64,000 bases of DNA from an uncultured Bifidobacteriaceae bacterium (GTDB lineage: Bacteria; Acidobacteriota; Vicinamibacteria; Vicinamibacterales; UBA2999): contig CAYJPQ010000001.1 of assembly GCA_964372085.1 (NCBI GenBank), forward strand, positions 80,435 to 144,434. Direction: 5' to 3'. Position numbers and translations under genes: made by a program. Shown piece after piece: positions 1-8,408 of this stretch. The notes beneath the pieces were generated by a model. It was not told the origin of the DNA, made no database searches, and worked only from the letters and a program-made list of their open reading frames with translations. Numbering within the stretch: the stretch's first letter is position 1; the number at the start of each line of letters is the position of its first letter.

Positions 1-95
1 TTGCGGATGATCAGGTCGTAAGGCGCGCCGGCCTGGCCATGAAGCAGGACGGGGCCGGACAGGAGCAGAAGGAGAACGACATTCCGCACGCGCAT
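1..95 (-). CDS. 5' fragment (31 codons) of a secreted protein running off the left edge; amidohydrolase-like N-terminus (tentative)
   Basis: Reverse-strand ATG at 93-95 with GAGGG a few nt upstream. It reads MRVRNVVLLLLLSGPVLLHGQAGAPYDLIIR and then leaves the window. The N-terminus is signal-peptide-like, and YDLIIR resembles the first strand of secreted metal-dependent amidohydrolases (weak). It is not in the ORF track because no stop lies in the window. Confidence 0.4.
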   Translation of the reverse strand, partial: MRVRNVVLLLLLSGPVLLHGQAGAPYDLIIR

Positions 96-103
96 GACCA
101 CCC

Positions 104-131
104 TCACCCTTTCACTTTTCACTTTTCACCT
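104..131. repeat. 4 x 7-nt tandem array (TCACCCT TTCACTT TTCACTT TTCACCT)
   Basis: Read directly from the sequence. The reverse-strand gltA stop codon (126-128) lies inside the last unit. The array fills the spacer between gltA and the next reverse-strand gene. Confidence 0.8.
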
Positions 132-1301
132 TTGCTCCATCGGCACCCAGTTCTGCGGATACGCGGGCCCGGTGTAGTCGGCGCGCGGCCGGATCAGGCG
201 GTTGTGGGTCAGTTGCTCCAGCACGTGCGCCGTCCAGCCGCTGATGCGGCTCACGGCGAAGATGGGCGTGTAGAGGTCGATGGCGATGCCCATTGTGTAG
301 TACGCCGACGCTGAATAGAAGTCCACGTTCGGGTAGAGATTCTTCTCGGCCTTCACCATCGCCTCGATGCGCTCGCTCATGTCGAACCAGCGCGTGTCGC
401 CCGCCTGCTGGCCGAGCGCCTTCGACATCTGGCGCAGGTGCGTGGCCCGGGGATCCCCGGTCTTGTAGACACGGTGGCCGAAGCCGCTGATCTTCTCCTT
501 CCGCGCGAACTTCCCCTTCACGTAGGCGTCGATGCGCTCGGCCGGCGCGTCCGGGCCGATGTCGATCAGCATCTTCATCACCTCGGCGTTGGCGCCGCCG
601 TGCAGCGGCCCCTTCAGCGTGCCGATGCCGGCGACGATGGCCGAGTGGACGTCGGTGAGCGTGGCCGCCGCCACGCGCGCCGCGAAGGTGGACGCGTTCA
701 GCTCGTGGTCGGCATGCAGCGTCAGCGCCACATCCATCGTCTTGATGTGCATCGCGCTGGGCCGCTGGCCGGTGAGCATGTAGAGGAAGTTGGCCGCATG
801 GCCCATGGCCGGATCGGGGGCGATGGGGCCGCCGCCCTGCTGCATGCGCCCCCACGTGGCCACGAGGCTGGCAATCTGGCCGGTGAGCCGCACCGCCTTG
901 CGATAGGACGCCGCCAGTGAGTTGTCGGAGGCATCCGGATCGTAGTGGCCCAGGGCGGAGGTGAGCGTGCGCAGCGCGTCCATGCCGTCATTCCCCAGCG
1001 CGGATGCCGCGCTGGGGGCCCCGCCGCCCGGCGGCAACATGTTCATCAGCCGGATGATGGCCTCGGGCAGCGGGCGAGCGGCGGCGAGCTGCGACTGCAG
1101 GTCGCCCAGCTCAGCGCGGTTGGGCAGCCGGCCGTGCCACAGCAGGTAGCACGTCTCCTCGAAGGTGGCGTGGCGCGCCAGGTCGTGAATGTCGTGGCCG
1201 CAATAGGCAAGCACGCCCCGGTCGCCATCCAGAAAACAGATGCGCGACGAGGTCGCGACGACGTCTTCGAGCCCGCCCTTGGGTTTTGCTTCTGCAGCCA
1301 T
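126..1301 (-). CDS. gltA: citrate synthase
   Basis: 391 aa, full length. Citrate synthase hallmarks TLHADHELNAST and GFGHRVYKTGDPRA. Confidence 0.93.
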   Translation of the reverse strand: MAAEAKPKGGLEDVVATSSRICFLDGDRGVLAYCGHDIHDLARHATFEETCYLLWHGRLPNRAELGDLQSQLAAARPLPEAIIRLMNMLPPGGGAPSAASALGNDGMDALRTLTSALGHYDPDASDNSLAASYRKAVRLTGQIASLVATWGRMQQGGGPIAPDPAMGHAANFLYMLTGQRPSAMHIKTMDVALTLHADHELNASTFAARVAAATLTDVHSAIVAGIGTLKGPLHGGANAEVMKMLIDIGPDAPAERIDAYVKGKFARKEKISGFGHRVYKTGDPRATHLRQMSKALGQQAGDTRWFDMSERIEAMVKAEKNLYPNVDFYSASAYYTMGIAIDLYTPIFAVSRISGWTAHVLEQLTHNRLIRPRADYTGPAYPQNWVPMEQR

Positions 1302-1331
1302 ACGGACGATTCTATCCGAAGGGCTGACGGC

Positions 1332-2762
1332 TTACGGCTTCGGCTCGGGAATCGGCTTCCCGTTGATGTCCACGAACGTAGCGTTGGTGAAGGCGCCGAG
1401 CTGGTCCTTCACCTTCGCGTAGTCGCCCACGATCACCACCACCGAATCCTCGGATCCCAGCAGCATCTCGGCGCCGGTCTTGATGGCCTCGGCCGACGGC
1501 TGCGAGATCTTGTCCTGGAACGTCTCGGGGTAGTCGGTGGGCAACCCGAACGTGTGCACCGTGTTCACCGTGTTCGCAAAGCCACTCTGGGTGGCGTTTT
1601 GCAGCAGGAACACGCCGCGCGAGTACTGCTTGGCGTCGGAGAGCTCCTCGGTCTCGGGCCCGCCCGCTCGCAGCTTGTCGATCTCCCCGTAGATCTCCTT
1701 GAGCGTGGCGCCGGTCACGTCGTTGCGCACGTCGGCCACGGCGCGATAGAAGCCGCCCTCGGCCATGGCCTGGAAGATGGATCCGGGCGAATAGGTGTAG
1801 CCCTTCTCCTCGCGGATGTTCCGCACCAGACGCGAGTCGAACGCGGCGCCGTAGATCTGGTTGGTGAGCTGCAGCGTGAACCACCGCTCATCGTCGCGCC
1901 GAATCGCGAAGTTGCCCACCGAGATGGACGACTGCACGCTGTTGGGCCGCTGCACGAACACGAGGCGACGGCCCTTCATCACGGGCATGGCCGAGGCCTT
2001 GGGCTCGGGCACCGCACCTCGCTGCCAGCCGCCAAACGCCTGCTCGGCGGCGGCAAACACCGCCTCGGGCGCGGCATCGCCAATCACCACCAGGAAGGCG
2101 TTGTTCGGGCGGTAGTAGGTCGTGTGGTACTCGACGATAGACGGGCGGTCGATGGCGGGGAGCGTCTCGAGCGTCGCCCCCGTGCGCGCGTAGGGATGGT
2201 CGCCAAAAAGAGACTGGCGGAACATCTTGTTGGACACGAACTGCGGCGAGGCCAGTTGCGCCTGCAGTTGCTGGGTCATGTTGGCCTTGAGCAGGTCCAC
2301 CTCCGCCTGCGGGAAGGTGGGGTGGCGCACCACGTCGGCGATGAGCGCCAGCATCCGCGGCATCGATTCCGCCAGCCCGCGCATCTGGAACGTGGAAGCG
2401 TCCTGGCCCGCGGCGCCCGAGAGCGACGCGCCCAGCGCGAACACCTCGCGCTTGAGCTGTTCGCTCGACCGCGTGGCGGTGCCTTCCTGCGCCGAGTCGG
2501 CCACGAACTGCGCGAGGCCCGCCTTGGCGGGCGGATCCACCGCCAGCCCCGCCTTCACGGTGAGCATGGCCGTGACCTTCGGCACGGTGGGGTAGCGGAC
2601 CGCGATCACGCGCAGGCCGTTGGTGAGCGTGCGCTCCACCCGCGGCGGCGGGGCAAAGGGCTTCTCGGGGCCTACCTCGGGCTTGGGCAACGCCTGCGCG
2701 GAGGCGAGGCCGGCCGCGGCGACAAGTCCCGCCAGGGTGAGCGAAAGCGTGCGGCGCATCAC
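1332..2762 (-). CDS. M16 (pitrilysin/insulinase) family peptidase, non-catalytic partner
   Basis: 476 aa with signal peptide MMRRTLSLTLAGLVAAAGLASAQA. No HxxEH zinc motif. Its start (GTG 2762 or ATG 2759) overlaps the stop of the upstream M16 gene, the typical two-gene M16 arrangement. Confidence 0.85.
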   Translation of the reverse strand: MMRRTLSLTLAGLVAAAGLASAQALPKPEVGPEKPFAPPPRVERTLTNGLRVIAVRYPTVPKVTAMLTVKAGLAVDPPAKAGLAQFVADSAQEGTATRSSEQLKREVFALGASLSGAAGQDASTFQMRGLAESMPRMLALIADVVRHPTFPQAEVDLLKANMTQQLQAQLASPQFVSNKMFRQSLFGDHPYARTGATLETLPAIDRPSIVEYHTTYYRPNNAFLVVIGDAAPEAVFAAAEQAFGGWQRGAVPEPKASAMPVMKGRRLVFVQRPNSVQSSISVGNFAIRRDDERWFTLQLTNQIYGAAFDSRLVRNIREEKGYTYSPGSIFQAMAEGGFYRAVADVRNDVTGATLKEIYGEIDKLRAGGPETEELSDAKQYSRGVFLLQNATQSGFANTVNTVHTFGLPTDYPETFQDKISQPSAEAIKTGAEMLLGSEDSVVVIVGDYAKVKDQLGAFTNATFVDINGKPIPEPKP

Positions 2763-4156
2763 TGGACACCTCCCGCCGCCGGCTTGGCCAGGGGGCGGCT
2801 GTCGATCGACGTGCGGTTGGCGGGCACCAGCCAGCGCCCGGCGGCGGCCTTCACGTCGTCCACGGTCACCTTGTCGAGTTCATCGAGGATGGTGTTGATG
2901 CGGCCCGGGTTGTCGTCGAAGAGGGCGAAGGCCGCCAGCAGGTTGGCGCGCCCGAACCGCGGCATGCCGCCGCTTTCGAGCTCGTCGAGAAAGGCCGAGC
3001 GGATGGCCGTCTTCGCCTGCTGCAGCTCTCCCGGCGTGACGCCCTTGTCGCGCACCTCGGCCAGCACGCTCTCGATGGCGGCCAGCACCTGGTCAGCCGT
3101 CTTGTCGTTGAAGTAGTCCACGCGCATCGTGTAGAGCATGGGGCCCTTCATGTCCCAGTTGCTGCCCAGGAAGTTGAAGCCGCCGCTCGAGGCCATGGCC
3201 AGGCGCTCGTCGCGCACGAGCTTGCGATACATGCGGGCGCTGTCGTCGCTGTTGAGCAGCGGATCGAGCACGCTCAGGGCGAAGAAGTCTTTCGTGAAGC
3301 GCGGGGGCAGGTGCCAGGCCGCGGCCATGGCGGGCGTGCGGGCCAGCTTGTCTTCGCGGGTAGAGTGCTTCGGCGCGGTTTGCGGCGGCTCGGACAAATC
3401 GGCCGGCGGCGGCGGCGGCTGGCGCGGGATGGAGCCGAAGTGCTTCTCGGCCAGCCGGCGCACCTCGGCGGCCGTGGTGTCGCCCACCACCACCAGCACC
3501 GCGTTGTTGGGCGCGTAGTACGTCGTGAAGAAGCCGCGCACGTCCTCGAGCGTGGCGGCCTCGAGCTCGGTGAGGTCGCCGTAGAAGTTGTGGGCGTTGT
3601 GCCAGTTGGTGTTGGCCCGCTCCCAGATCTCGATCCAGTCGAACGCGCCGTGCGGCTGGTTGAGCACGTTGACGCGCACCTCCTCGCCCACCACGTTCTG
3701 CTGGTTCTTGAGGTTCTCGGCGCTCACGTCGAGCGAGCGCATGCGGTCGGCCTCGAGCCACAGCGCGCGCTCCAGCGCGTTGGCGGGCAGGGCCTGAAAG
3801 TAGTTGGTGTAGTCGAAGCGCGTCGAGCCGTTGACGACGCCGCCCGCCTCCTGCATCAGCGAGACGTGCTCCATCTTCTTCACCTGCGCCGAGCCCTGGA
3901 ACATCATGTGCTCGAAGAGGTGGGCGAAGCCCGTGCGCCCCCTGGGCTCCACGCGGAAGCCGATGTTGTACATCACCTCCACCAGCACCACCGGGGCGGC
4001 GTGGTCTTCGCTGACCACCACCTTCAGCCCGTTGGGCAGCGTGAAGTCGTCCACGGGCACCGTGAAGCCCTGCGCCGATGCCGGCGGCGCGGCCATCGCC
4101 AGCAGCAACGCCGCCAGCAACCCAATCCATCGTGTTCGCATATCGGTCCTTTTCAT
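2759..4156 (-). CDS. M16 family zinc peptidase (catalytic subunit)
   Basis: Internal start of the 943-aa track ORF: ATG at 4156 gives MKRTDMRTRWIGLLAALLLAMAAPPASAQ (signal peptide), 465 aa. HxxEH zinc motif in GFAHLFEHMMFQGS. The upstream part of the track ORF is Arg/Gly-rich shadow sequence antisense to the gene at 4232-5614. Confidence 0.88.
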   Translation of the reverse strand: MKRTDMRTRWIGLLAALLLAMAAPPASAQGFTVPVDDFTLPNGLKVVVSEDHAAPVVLVEVMYNIGFRVEPRGRTGFAHLFEHMMFQGSAQVKKMEHVSLMQEAGGVVNGSTRFDYTNYFQALPANALERALWLEADRMRSLDVSAENLKNQQNVVGEEVRVNVLNQPHGAFDWIEIWERANTNWHNAHNFYGDLTELEAATLEDVRGFFTTYYAPNNAVLVVVGDTTAAEVRRLAEKHFGSIPRQPPPPPADLSEPPQTAPKHSTREDKLARTPAMAAAWHLPPRFTKDFFALSVLDPLLNSDDSARMYRKLVRDERLAMASSGGFNFLGSNWDMKGPMLYTMRVDYFNDKTADQVLAAIESVLAEVRDKGVTPGELQQAKTAIRSAFLDELESGGMPRFGRANLLAAFALFDDNPGRINTILDELDKVTVDDVKAAAGRWLVPANRTSIDSRPLAKPAAGGVQ

Positions 4157-4231
4157 CCCAGGAGGTATAGACGTGCAAAGGGTGGCGACGGTTTCCCTTC
4201 CCCGGCCCTTCAATGCTAGCGTCATCTCCAC

Positions 4232-5614
4232 ATGTCCGAGCTGTTCGATGTGCTGATCACGGGGGCCCAGGTTGTCACTGGTCCCACCATTGGCCCCGCC
4301 ACGCTCGCGATGGCCGACGGCCGCATCGCCGCCATCCTGGACGCCGACGCCCGTCCGCCGGCCGCCGGCATCGTCGACGCCAGGGGCTTGCACGCCCTGC
4401 CCGGCCTCATCGACACGCACGTCCATACGCGCCATCCCGGCATCGCCGAGCGCGAGGACTTCCGGTCGGGCACGGCCGCAGCCGCCGCCGGGGGCATCAC
4501 CACGCTCTTCGAGATGCCTATTTCCAAGGTGCCGGCCAACAGCGGCGACGGGGTGCGGCGCCGCGTGGCGGCCATGACGCCGGAGGCCCACATCGATTTT
4601 GCGCTGTATGGGGGCGCCGGGCACGAGAACCTGCACGATATCGCGGGGCAGGCCGCAGCCGGCGTGGCGGCCTTCAAGACCTTCTTGCAGCCGCCCCCGC
4701 CCGCGCGCCTCGACGAGTTCGTCGGCCTGTGGTGCACCGACCATGCCGCCCTGCGGGGCGTGATGGCCAACGTGGCGGCCACCGGTTTGCGGCACTGCTT
4801 CCACTGCGAAGACGCGCCGATGTTCCAGTCGCTGCAGGCGGCGCTCGCGGCGGCCGGCCGGTGCCGCGGAAGGGCCCACGCCGACAGCCGTCCCCCCATC
4901 GTCGAAGAGGTGTCGGTGGCGATCGTGCTGGCGCTGGCGGCGGAGTGCGGCGGCCCGGTGGGCGTGGTGCACTGCTCCAGCGCCCGGTCCGCCCAGCTCG
5001 TGGCCGAGGCGCGTGCGCGCGGCCTCGACGCCACGGTGGAGACCTGCCCGCCATACCTGTTCTTCACGGACGAGGCGCTCGATCGGATCGGCCCGTTCGC
5101 CAAGTGCAATCCACCCCTGCGCTCGGCCGAGGGCGTGCAGGCGCTGTGGCGCACGCTCGAGGCCGGCCAGGTCGACTACATCGGCACGGACCATTCGCCG
5201 TTTCTCGAGCACGAGAAGTCGGCCGCGGCCGACGACATCTTCAAGGCGCCGCCCGGGTTGTGCGGGCTCGAGGTGATGGCGCCGCTGATGCTCACCGCCG
5301 TGGCCGAAGGACGACTGTCGCTGCCGCGCATGGTGGAGTTGTGCTCCACGCGGGCCGCCCGGGTCTTCGGGCTCGCGCAGAAGGGGCGCATCGAGGTGGG
5401 CGCCGATGCCGACCTCACGCTGGTGGATCTCGACGCGGCCTGGACCTACGACAGCCGGCAGGCCCTCACGAAGTCGCGCGCCAACATGGCCATCTACGAC
5501 GGATTCGCGATGCGGGGCCGGGTGGTCTCGACGTTCGTGCGCGGTGTGCGCGTGTTCCACGAGGGCCAGGTCACCGGCGCGGCTGGCCACGGTCGCTTCG
5601 TGAGGCCCGCATGA
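4232..5614 (+). CDS. cyclic amidohydrolase (dihydroorotase / allantoinase / hydantoinase superfamily)
   Basis: 460 aa. HxH metal motif in PGLIDTHVHTRHPG, and GTDHSPF near the C-terminal third. Substrate not assignable by eye. Confidence 0.85.
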   Translation: MSELFDVLITGAQVVTGPTIGPATLAMADGRIAAILDADARPPAAGIVDARGLHALPGLIDTHVHTRHPGIAEREDFRSGTAAAAAGGITTLFEMPISKVPANSGDGVRRRVAAMTPEAHIDFALYGGAGHENLHDIAGQAAAGVAAFKTFLQPPPPARLDEFVGLWCTDHAALRGVMANVAATGLRHCFHCEDAPMFQSLQAALAAAGRCRGRAHADSRPPIVEEVSVAIVLALAAECGGPVGVVHCSSARSAQLVAEARARGLDATVETCPPYLFFTDEALDRIGPFAKCNPPLRSAEGVQALWRTLEAGQVDYIGTDHSPFLEHEKSAAADDIFKAPPGLCGLEVMAPLMLTAVAEGRLSLPRMVELCSTRAARVFGLAQKGRIEVGADADLTLVDLDAAWTYDSRQALTKSRANMAIYDGFAMRGRVVSTFVRGVRVFHEGQVTGAAGHGRFVRPA

Positions 5615-6291
5615 AGCCCGTCCTGGGCATCGTCACCATCGGGCAGACGCCACGTCCGGACCTGGCGGAGGCGTTTGGCGCCGAGGCGCCGCACGCGGAG
5701 ATACGAGTGGCCGGCGCGCTCGACGGCATCTCCCCTGACGACCTGGCCGCCCTTCAAGACCTCAGGACCTCAAGACCTCAGGACCTCGAGTATCCCCTCC
5801 TCGTGCGCCTGGCCACCGGCGTGCACATCGAGGTGCCGCTGGCGCGCCTGGCGCCACGCGTCACGGCCGCCGCGCGCATGCTGGCCGCGGATGGCGCGGC
5901 GATGATCGTCATCGCGTGTGCGGGCGCGTTTCCTGACGTGCCGTGCCCGGTTCCGGTGCTGCTCCCTGGCCGCATCGTGCCCGCGGTAGCGGGCGCGCTC
6001 AGCCGTACGCGTCGCGTCGGCATCGTCACCCCCAACCGCGCGCAAGCGCCGTATGCCGAGCGCAAGTGGCGGGAAGACGGCTTCGAGCCGACGGTCACGT
6101 GGGCGTCGCCCTCACGAGACGACGAGATGGCGCGCGCCGCAGACGAGCTGCGCGCCGCAGACATCGATCTCATCGTGATCGATTGCATGGGGCACGCCGA
6201 CGATGCGCGGAGGGCGATGGCGAAGTGGACAGGCCGGCCGGTGGTCGCGGCGCAGTCGCTGGTGGCGCGGGTGGCCGGGGCGATGGTGTGA
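5611..6291 (+). CDS. AroM family protein (Asp/Glu/hydantoin racemase-like fold)
   Basis: ATG 5611 overlaps the upstream stop (ATGA). 226 aa. Colinear with E. coli AroM as remembered: N-terminal LGIVTIGQTP and C-terminal DLIVIDCMGH...VVAAQSLVARVAG. Confidence 0.7.
   Translation: MKPVLGIVTIGQTPRPDLAEAFGAEAPHAEIRVAGALDGISPDDLAALQDLRTSRPQDLEYPLLVRLATGVHIEVPLARLAPRVTAAARMLAADGAAMIVIACAGAFPDVPCPVPVLLPGRIVPAVAGALSRTRRVGIVTPNRAQAPYAERKWREDGFEPTVTWASPSRDDEMARAADELRAADIDLIVIDCMGHADDARRAMAKWTGRPVVAAQSLVARVAGAMV
5753..5792. repeat. 5 x 8-nt tandem array inside the AroM-like CDS
   Basis: TTCAAGAC CTCAGGAC CTCAAGAC CTCAGGAC CTCGAGTA, equivalent to 2.5 x 16 nt. It encodes LQDLRTSRPQDLEY. Confidence 0.8.
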
Positions 6292-6408
6292 TTCGGCGCC
6301 TTGCCAAGTGGGCGGTTCCCACATTGACCAAGGTGGAAGGCGGGGCTAGACCGCGCGGGGGTTGCGAGGGGTGCGGTATCCCCTCACCGTCTTGCCACAG
6401 ATGACACA

Positions 6409-6441
6409 CAGAAGGCCGTGGTCTCAAGGGCTGGCCTTCTG
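6409..6441 (+). terminator. candidate intrinsic terminator hairpin
   Basis: CAGAAGGCC-N15-GGCCTTCTG (9-bp stem) followed by T-rich TAGTTCTGTCGGTGTTTC. It lies 118 nt downstream of the AroM-like stop, in a 292-nt spacer between convergent genes. Confidence 0.35.
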
Positions 6442-6583
6442 TAGTTCTGTCGGTGTTTCATCTGTGGCCCTGATGTCTTGTCCGTGGCCTTGATCCGTCG
6501 TTGTCGCCAGCTTCTTGGTTGGTGGGCGGTAACCCGGGAGGAGGGGCCCGGCGGATGACCGCGGGTCCGGCGGAAGCCGAACA

Positions 6584-8335
6584 CTACGGCAGTTGTGCAT
6601 CGTGCACGATCCGGCCGCCCACCATGGTGAGCCGGATCCGCCCCTTCAGCAGGTCCTCCGGCTTGGTTGATCCCACGACCAGCGGATCAATGTCCATCAC
6701 CGTGATGTCGGCCGCGCGTCCCGCGGCCAGAGTGCCGCGGTCGGCCTCGGCAAACGCGGCGTAGGCGGCCCACGTGGAGTAGCCGCGCAGGGCCTCCTCG
6801 GGCGTCATGCGTTGGGCTGGGAACCACCCGCCCTCGGGCTGCAGCGTCTTGTCGCGGCGCGTCACCGCCGAGTGCAGGCCATAGAAGATGGTGTGGTCTG
6901 AGCCGACAAGATCCGAGTTGAAGATCAGGCGGACGCCGCCCTGGCGGAACGTGCGCCACGCGTAGGCGCCCTTCACGCGATCGGCGCCGAGCCGCACTTC
7001 GGCCCAGGGCCGGTCCTCCACCGCGTGCGGCGGCTCCATCGATGCGATCACGCCGAGCGAGGCAAACCGCCTGAAGTCGTCGGGGTGCACCACCTGCGCG
7101 TGCTCGATGCGGTTGCGGTGGTCGCGCACCGTGGCGTCGCGCGCCTCCACCGACTGGATGAAGTCGAGGGTCTCGCGGTTGCCGGCGTCGCCAATGGCGT
7201 GAATGCCCACCTGGAAGCCGGCCAGCATCATGTCGGCCACCAGCGCCTGGTCGAAGCCGTAGTTGCCGCCGCTCACGCCGCGGTGGCCCTTCTGGTCCGC
7301 GTAATCGTCGATCAGGCGCGCGCCGCGCGAGCCAAGTGAGCCGTCGTAGTAAGCCTTCACCGACCGCACGGTGAGCATGGCGGCCGGGTCGAGGCGGGGG
7401 CCCTTCTGCAGCCACGCGCGGCTGAGCGCCGTGTCGCGCGCCGACAGCATCGCGTACACGCGCACGGGCAGCTCGTTGGCGGCATCCAGCGACTCGAACG
7501 CCGTCATCAGCTCGGTGTCGGCGCCGGCCTCATGCACGCCGGTGAACCCGTCGCGCGCCATCCGCTTGAGGCCCGCCAGCACCCAGGCGCGGGCCTGGTC
7601 CGGCGTCGGCGGCGGAATGGCCGACTCCAACAGCGTGACCGCGCGGTTCAGCAGCGTGCCCGAGGGCTCACCGTTTGCGTCCTGCAAAATCTCGCCGCCC
7701 ACCGGCGCCCTGGTAGCGCGCGTGATGCCGGCCTTCTCGAACGCCAGCGTGTTGCCCCACACGGCAAACCCGTGCAGGCTGTCGAGCACCACCGGGTGGT
7801 CGGGCACGCGCTCGCTCAGCAGCCGCAGGGTGGGATAGCGGCCGGCCCATGCACCCTCGTCCCACCCGCGTCCCACCACCCACTCGCCCTTGGGCACCGT
7901 GGCCGCGTACGCCGCGGCGCGCTCGACGGCTTCCTCTTCGGTGGCGACGCCGGTGAGATCCAGCTGCGTCTCGGCCTGGCCGAGTTCCCGGATGTGCACG
8001 TGCGAATCCACGAGGCCCGGCATGGCCGTCGCGCCCTTCAGATCCACGACGCGCGTGGAAGGGCCGCGGTAGGCCTCGGCCTCCTGCGACGGGCCGGTGA
8101 AGACGATGCGGCCGGCGCGGATGGCGACGGCCTCGGCATCGGGCCGCCAGCCCTCGGCGGTGTGTGGGGCGTTGGCGGCGGGCGTGCCGTCAGCGGCGGG
8201 GTCGTCCCAGGCCAACGTGTAGACGCGGCCGTTGGTGAGCAGGGTGTCGGCGGGCTCTACCGCGGGCGCGCTGGTGCACGCGGCCGCCCACACGAGCGCG
8301 CAACCAACGGTCAGTCTGCTTGGAAGAATGGTCAT
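6584..8335 (-). CDS. Amidohydrolase_3 / YtcJ-like metal-dependent hydrolase, secreted or lipoprotein
   Basis: Internal start ATG 8335 (MTILPSRLTVGCALVWAAAC...), 583 aa. HxH in PGLVDSHVHIRELG, and HAIGDAGNRETLD. The 5' remainder of the track ORF overlaps the GT2 gene in another frame and is rejected. Confidence 0.85.
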   Translation of the reverse strand: MTILPSRLTVGCALVWAAACTSAPAVEPADTLLTNGRVYTLAWDDPAADGTPAANAPHTAEGWRPDAEAVAIRAGRIVFTGPSQEAEAYRGPSTRVVDLKGATAMPGLVDSHVHIRELGQAETQLDLTGVATEEEAVERAAAYAATVPKGEWVVGRGWDEGAWAGRYPTLRLLSERVPDHPVVLDSLHGFAVWGNTLAFEKAGITRATRAPVGGEILQDANGEPSGTLLNRAVTLLESAIPPPTPDQARAWVLAGLKRMARDGFTGVHEAGADTELMTAFESLDAANELPVRVYAMLSARDTALSRAWLQKGPRLDPAAMLTVRSVKAYYDGSLGSRGARLIDDYADQKGHRGVSGGNYGFDQALVADMMLAGFQVGIHAIGDAGNRETLDFIQSVEARDATVRDHRNRIEHAQVVHPDDFRRFASLGVIASMEPPHAVEDRPWAEVRLGADRVKGAYAWRTFRQGGVRLIFNSDLVGSDHTIFYGLHSAVTRRDKTLQPEGGWFPAQRMTPEEALRGYSTWAAYAAFAEADRGTLAAGRAADITVMDIDPLVVGSTKPEDLLKGRIRLTMVGGRIVHDAQLP

Positions 8336-8355
8336 CGAGGCCCCTAGACGCAGAA

Positions 8356-8375
8356 GGGCGGCCACCCGGCCGCCC
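8356..8375 (-). terminator. GC-rich hairpin downstream of the GT2 gene
   Basis: GGGCGGCC-ACCC-GGCCGCCC (8-bp stem). On the reverse strand it follows the GT2 stop by about 30 nt and is followed by TTCTGCGTCT. Confidence 0.45.
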
Positions 8376-8380
8376 CCCAC

Positions 8381-8408
8381 TCTGAACTCTGAACTCTGAA
8401 CTCTTACG
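8381..8408. repeat. 3-4 x 7-nt tandem array (TCTGAAC)
   Basis: TCTGAAC TCTGAAC TCTGAAC TCTTACG. The reverse-strand GT2 stop codon (8404-8406) is inside the last, degenerate unit. Confidence 0.8.

Noticed and set aside
39-314. A 91-aa forward ORF at the left edge.
   Set aside because: It overlaps the gltA 3' end and the reverse-strand signal-peptide gene fragment. Its sequence is low-complexity and His/Pro/Arg-rich.
4213-6291. The 692-aa track ORF spanning the amidohydrolase and AroM-like genes, considered as one fusion protein.
   Set aside because: Only its last 226 codons (from ATG 5611) are AroM-like. The upstream part is an Arg-rich alternative frame of the amidohydrolase gene at 4232-5614, which has its own stop at 5612-5614.
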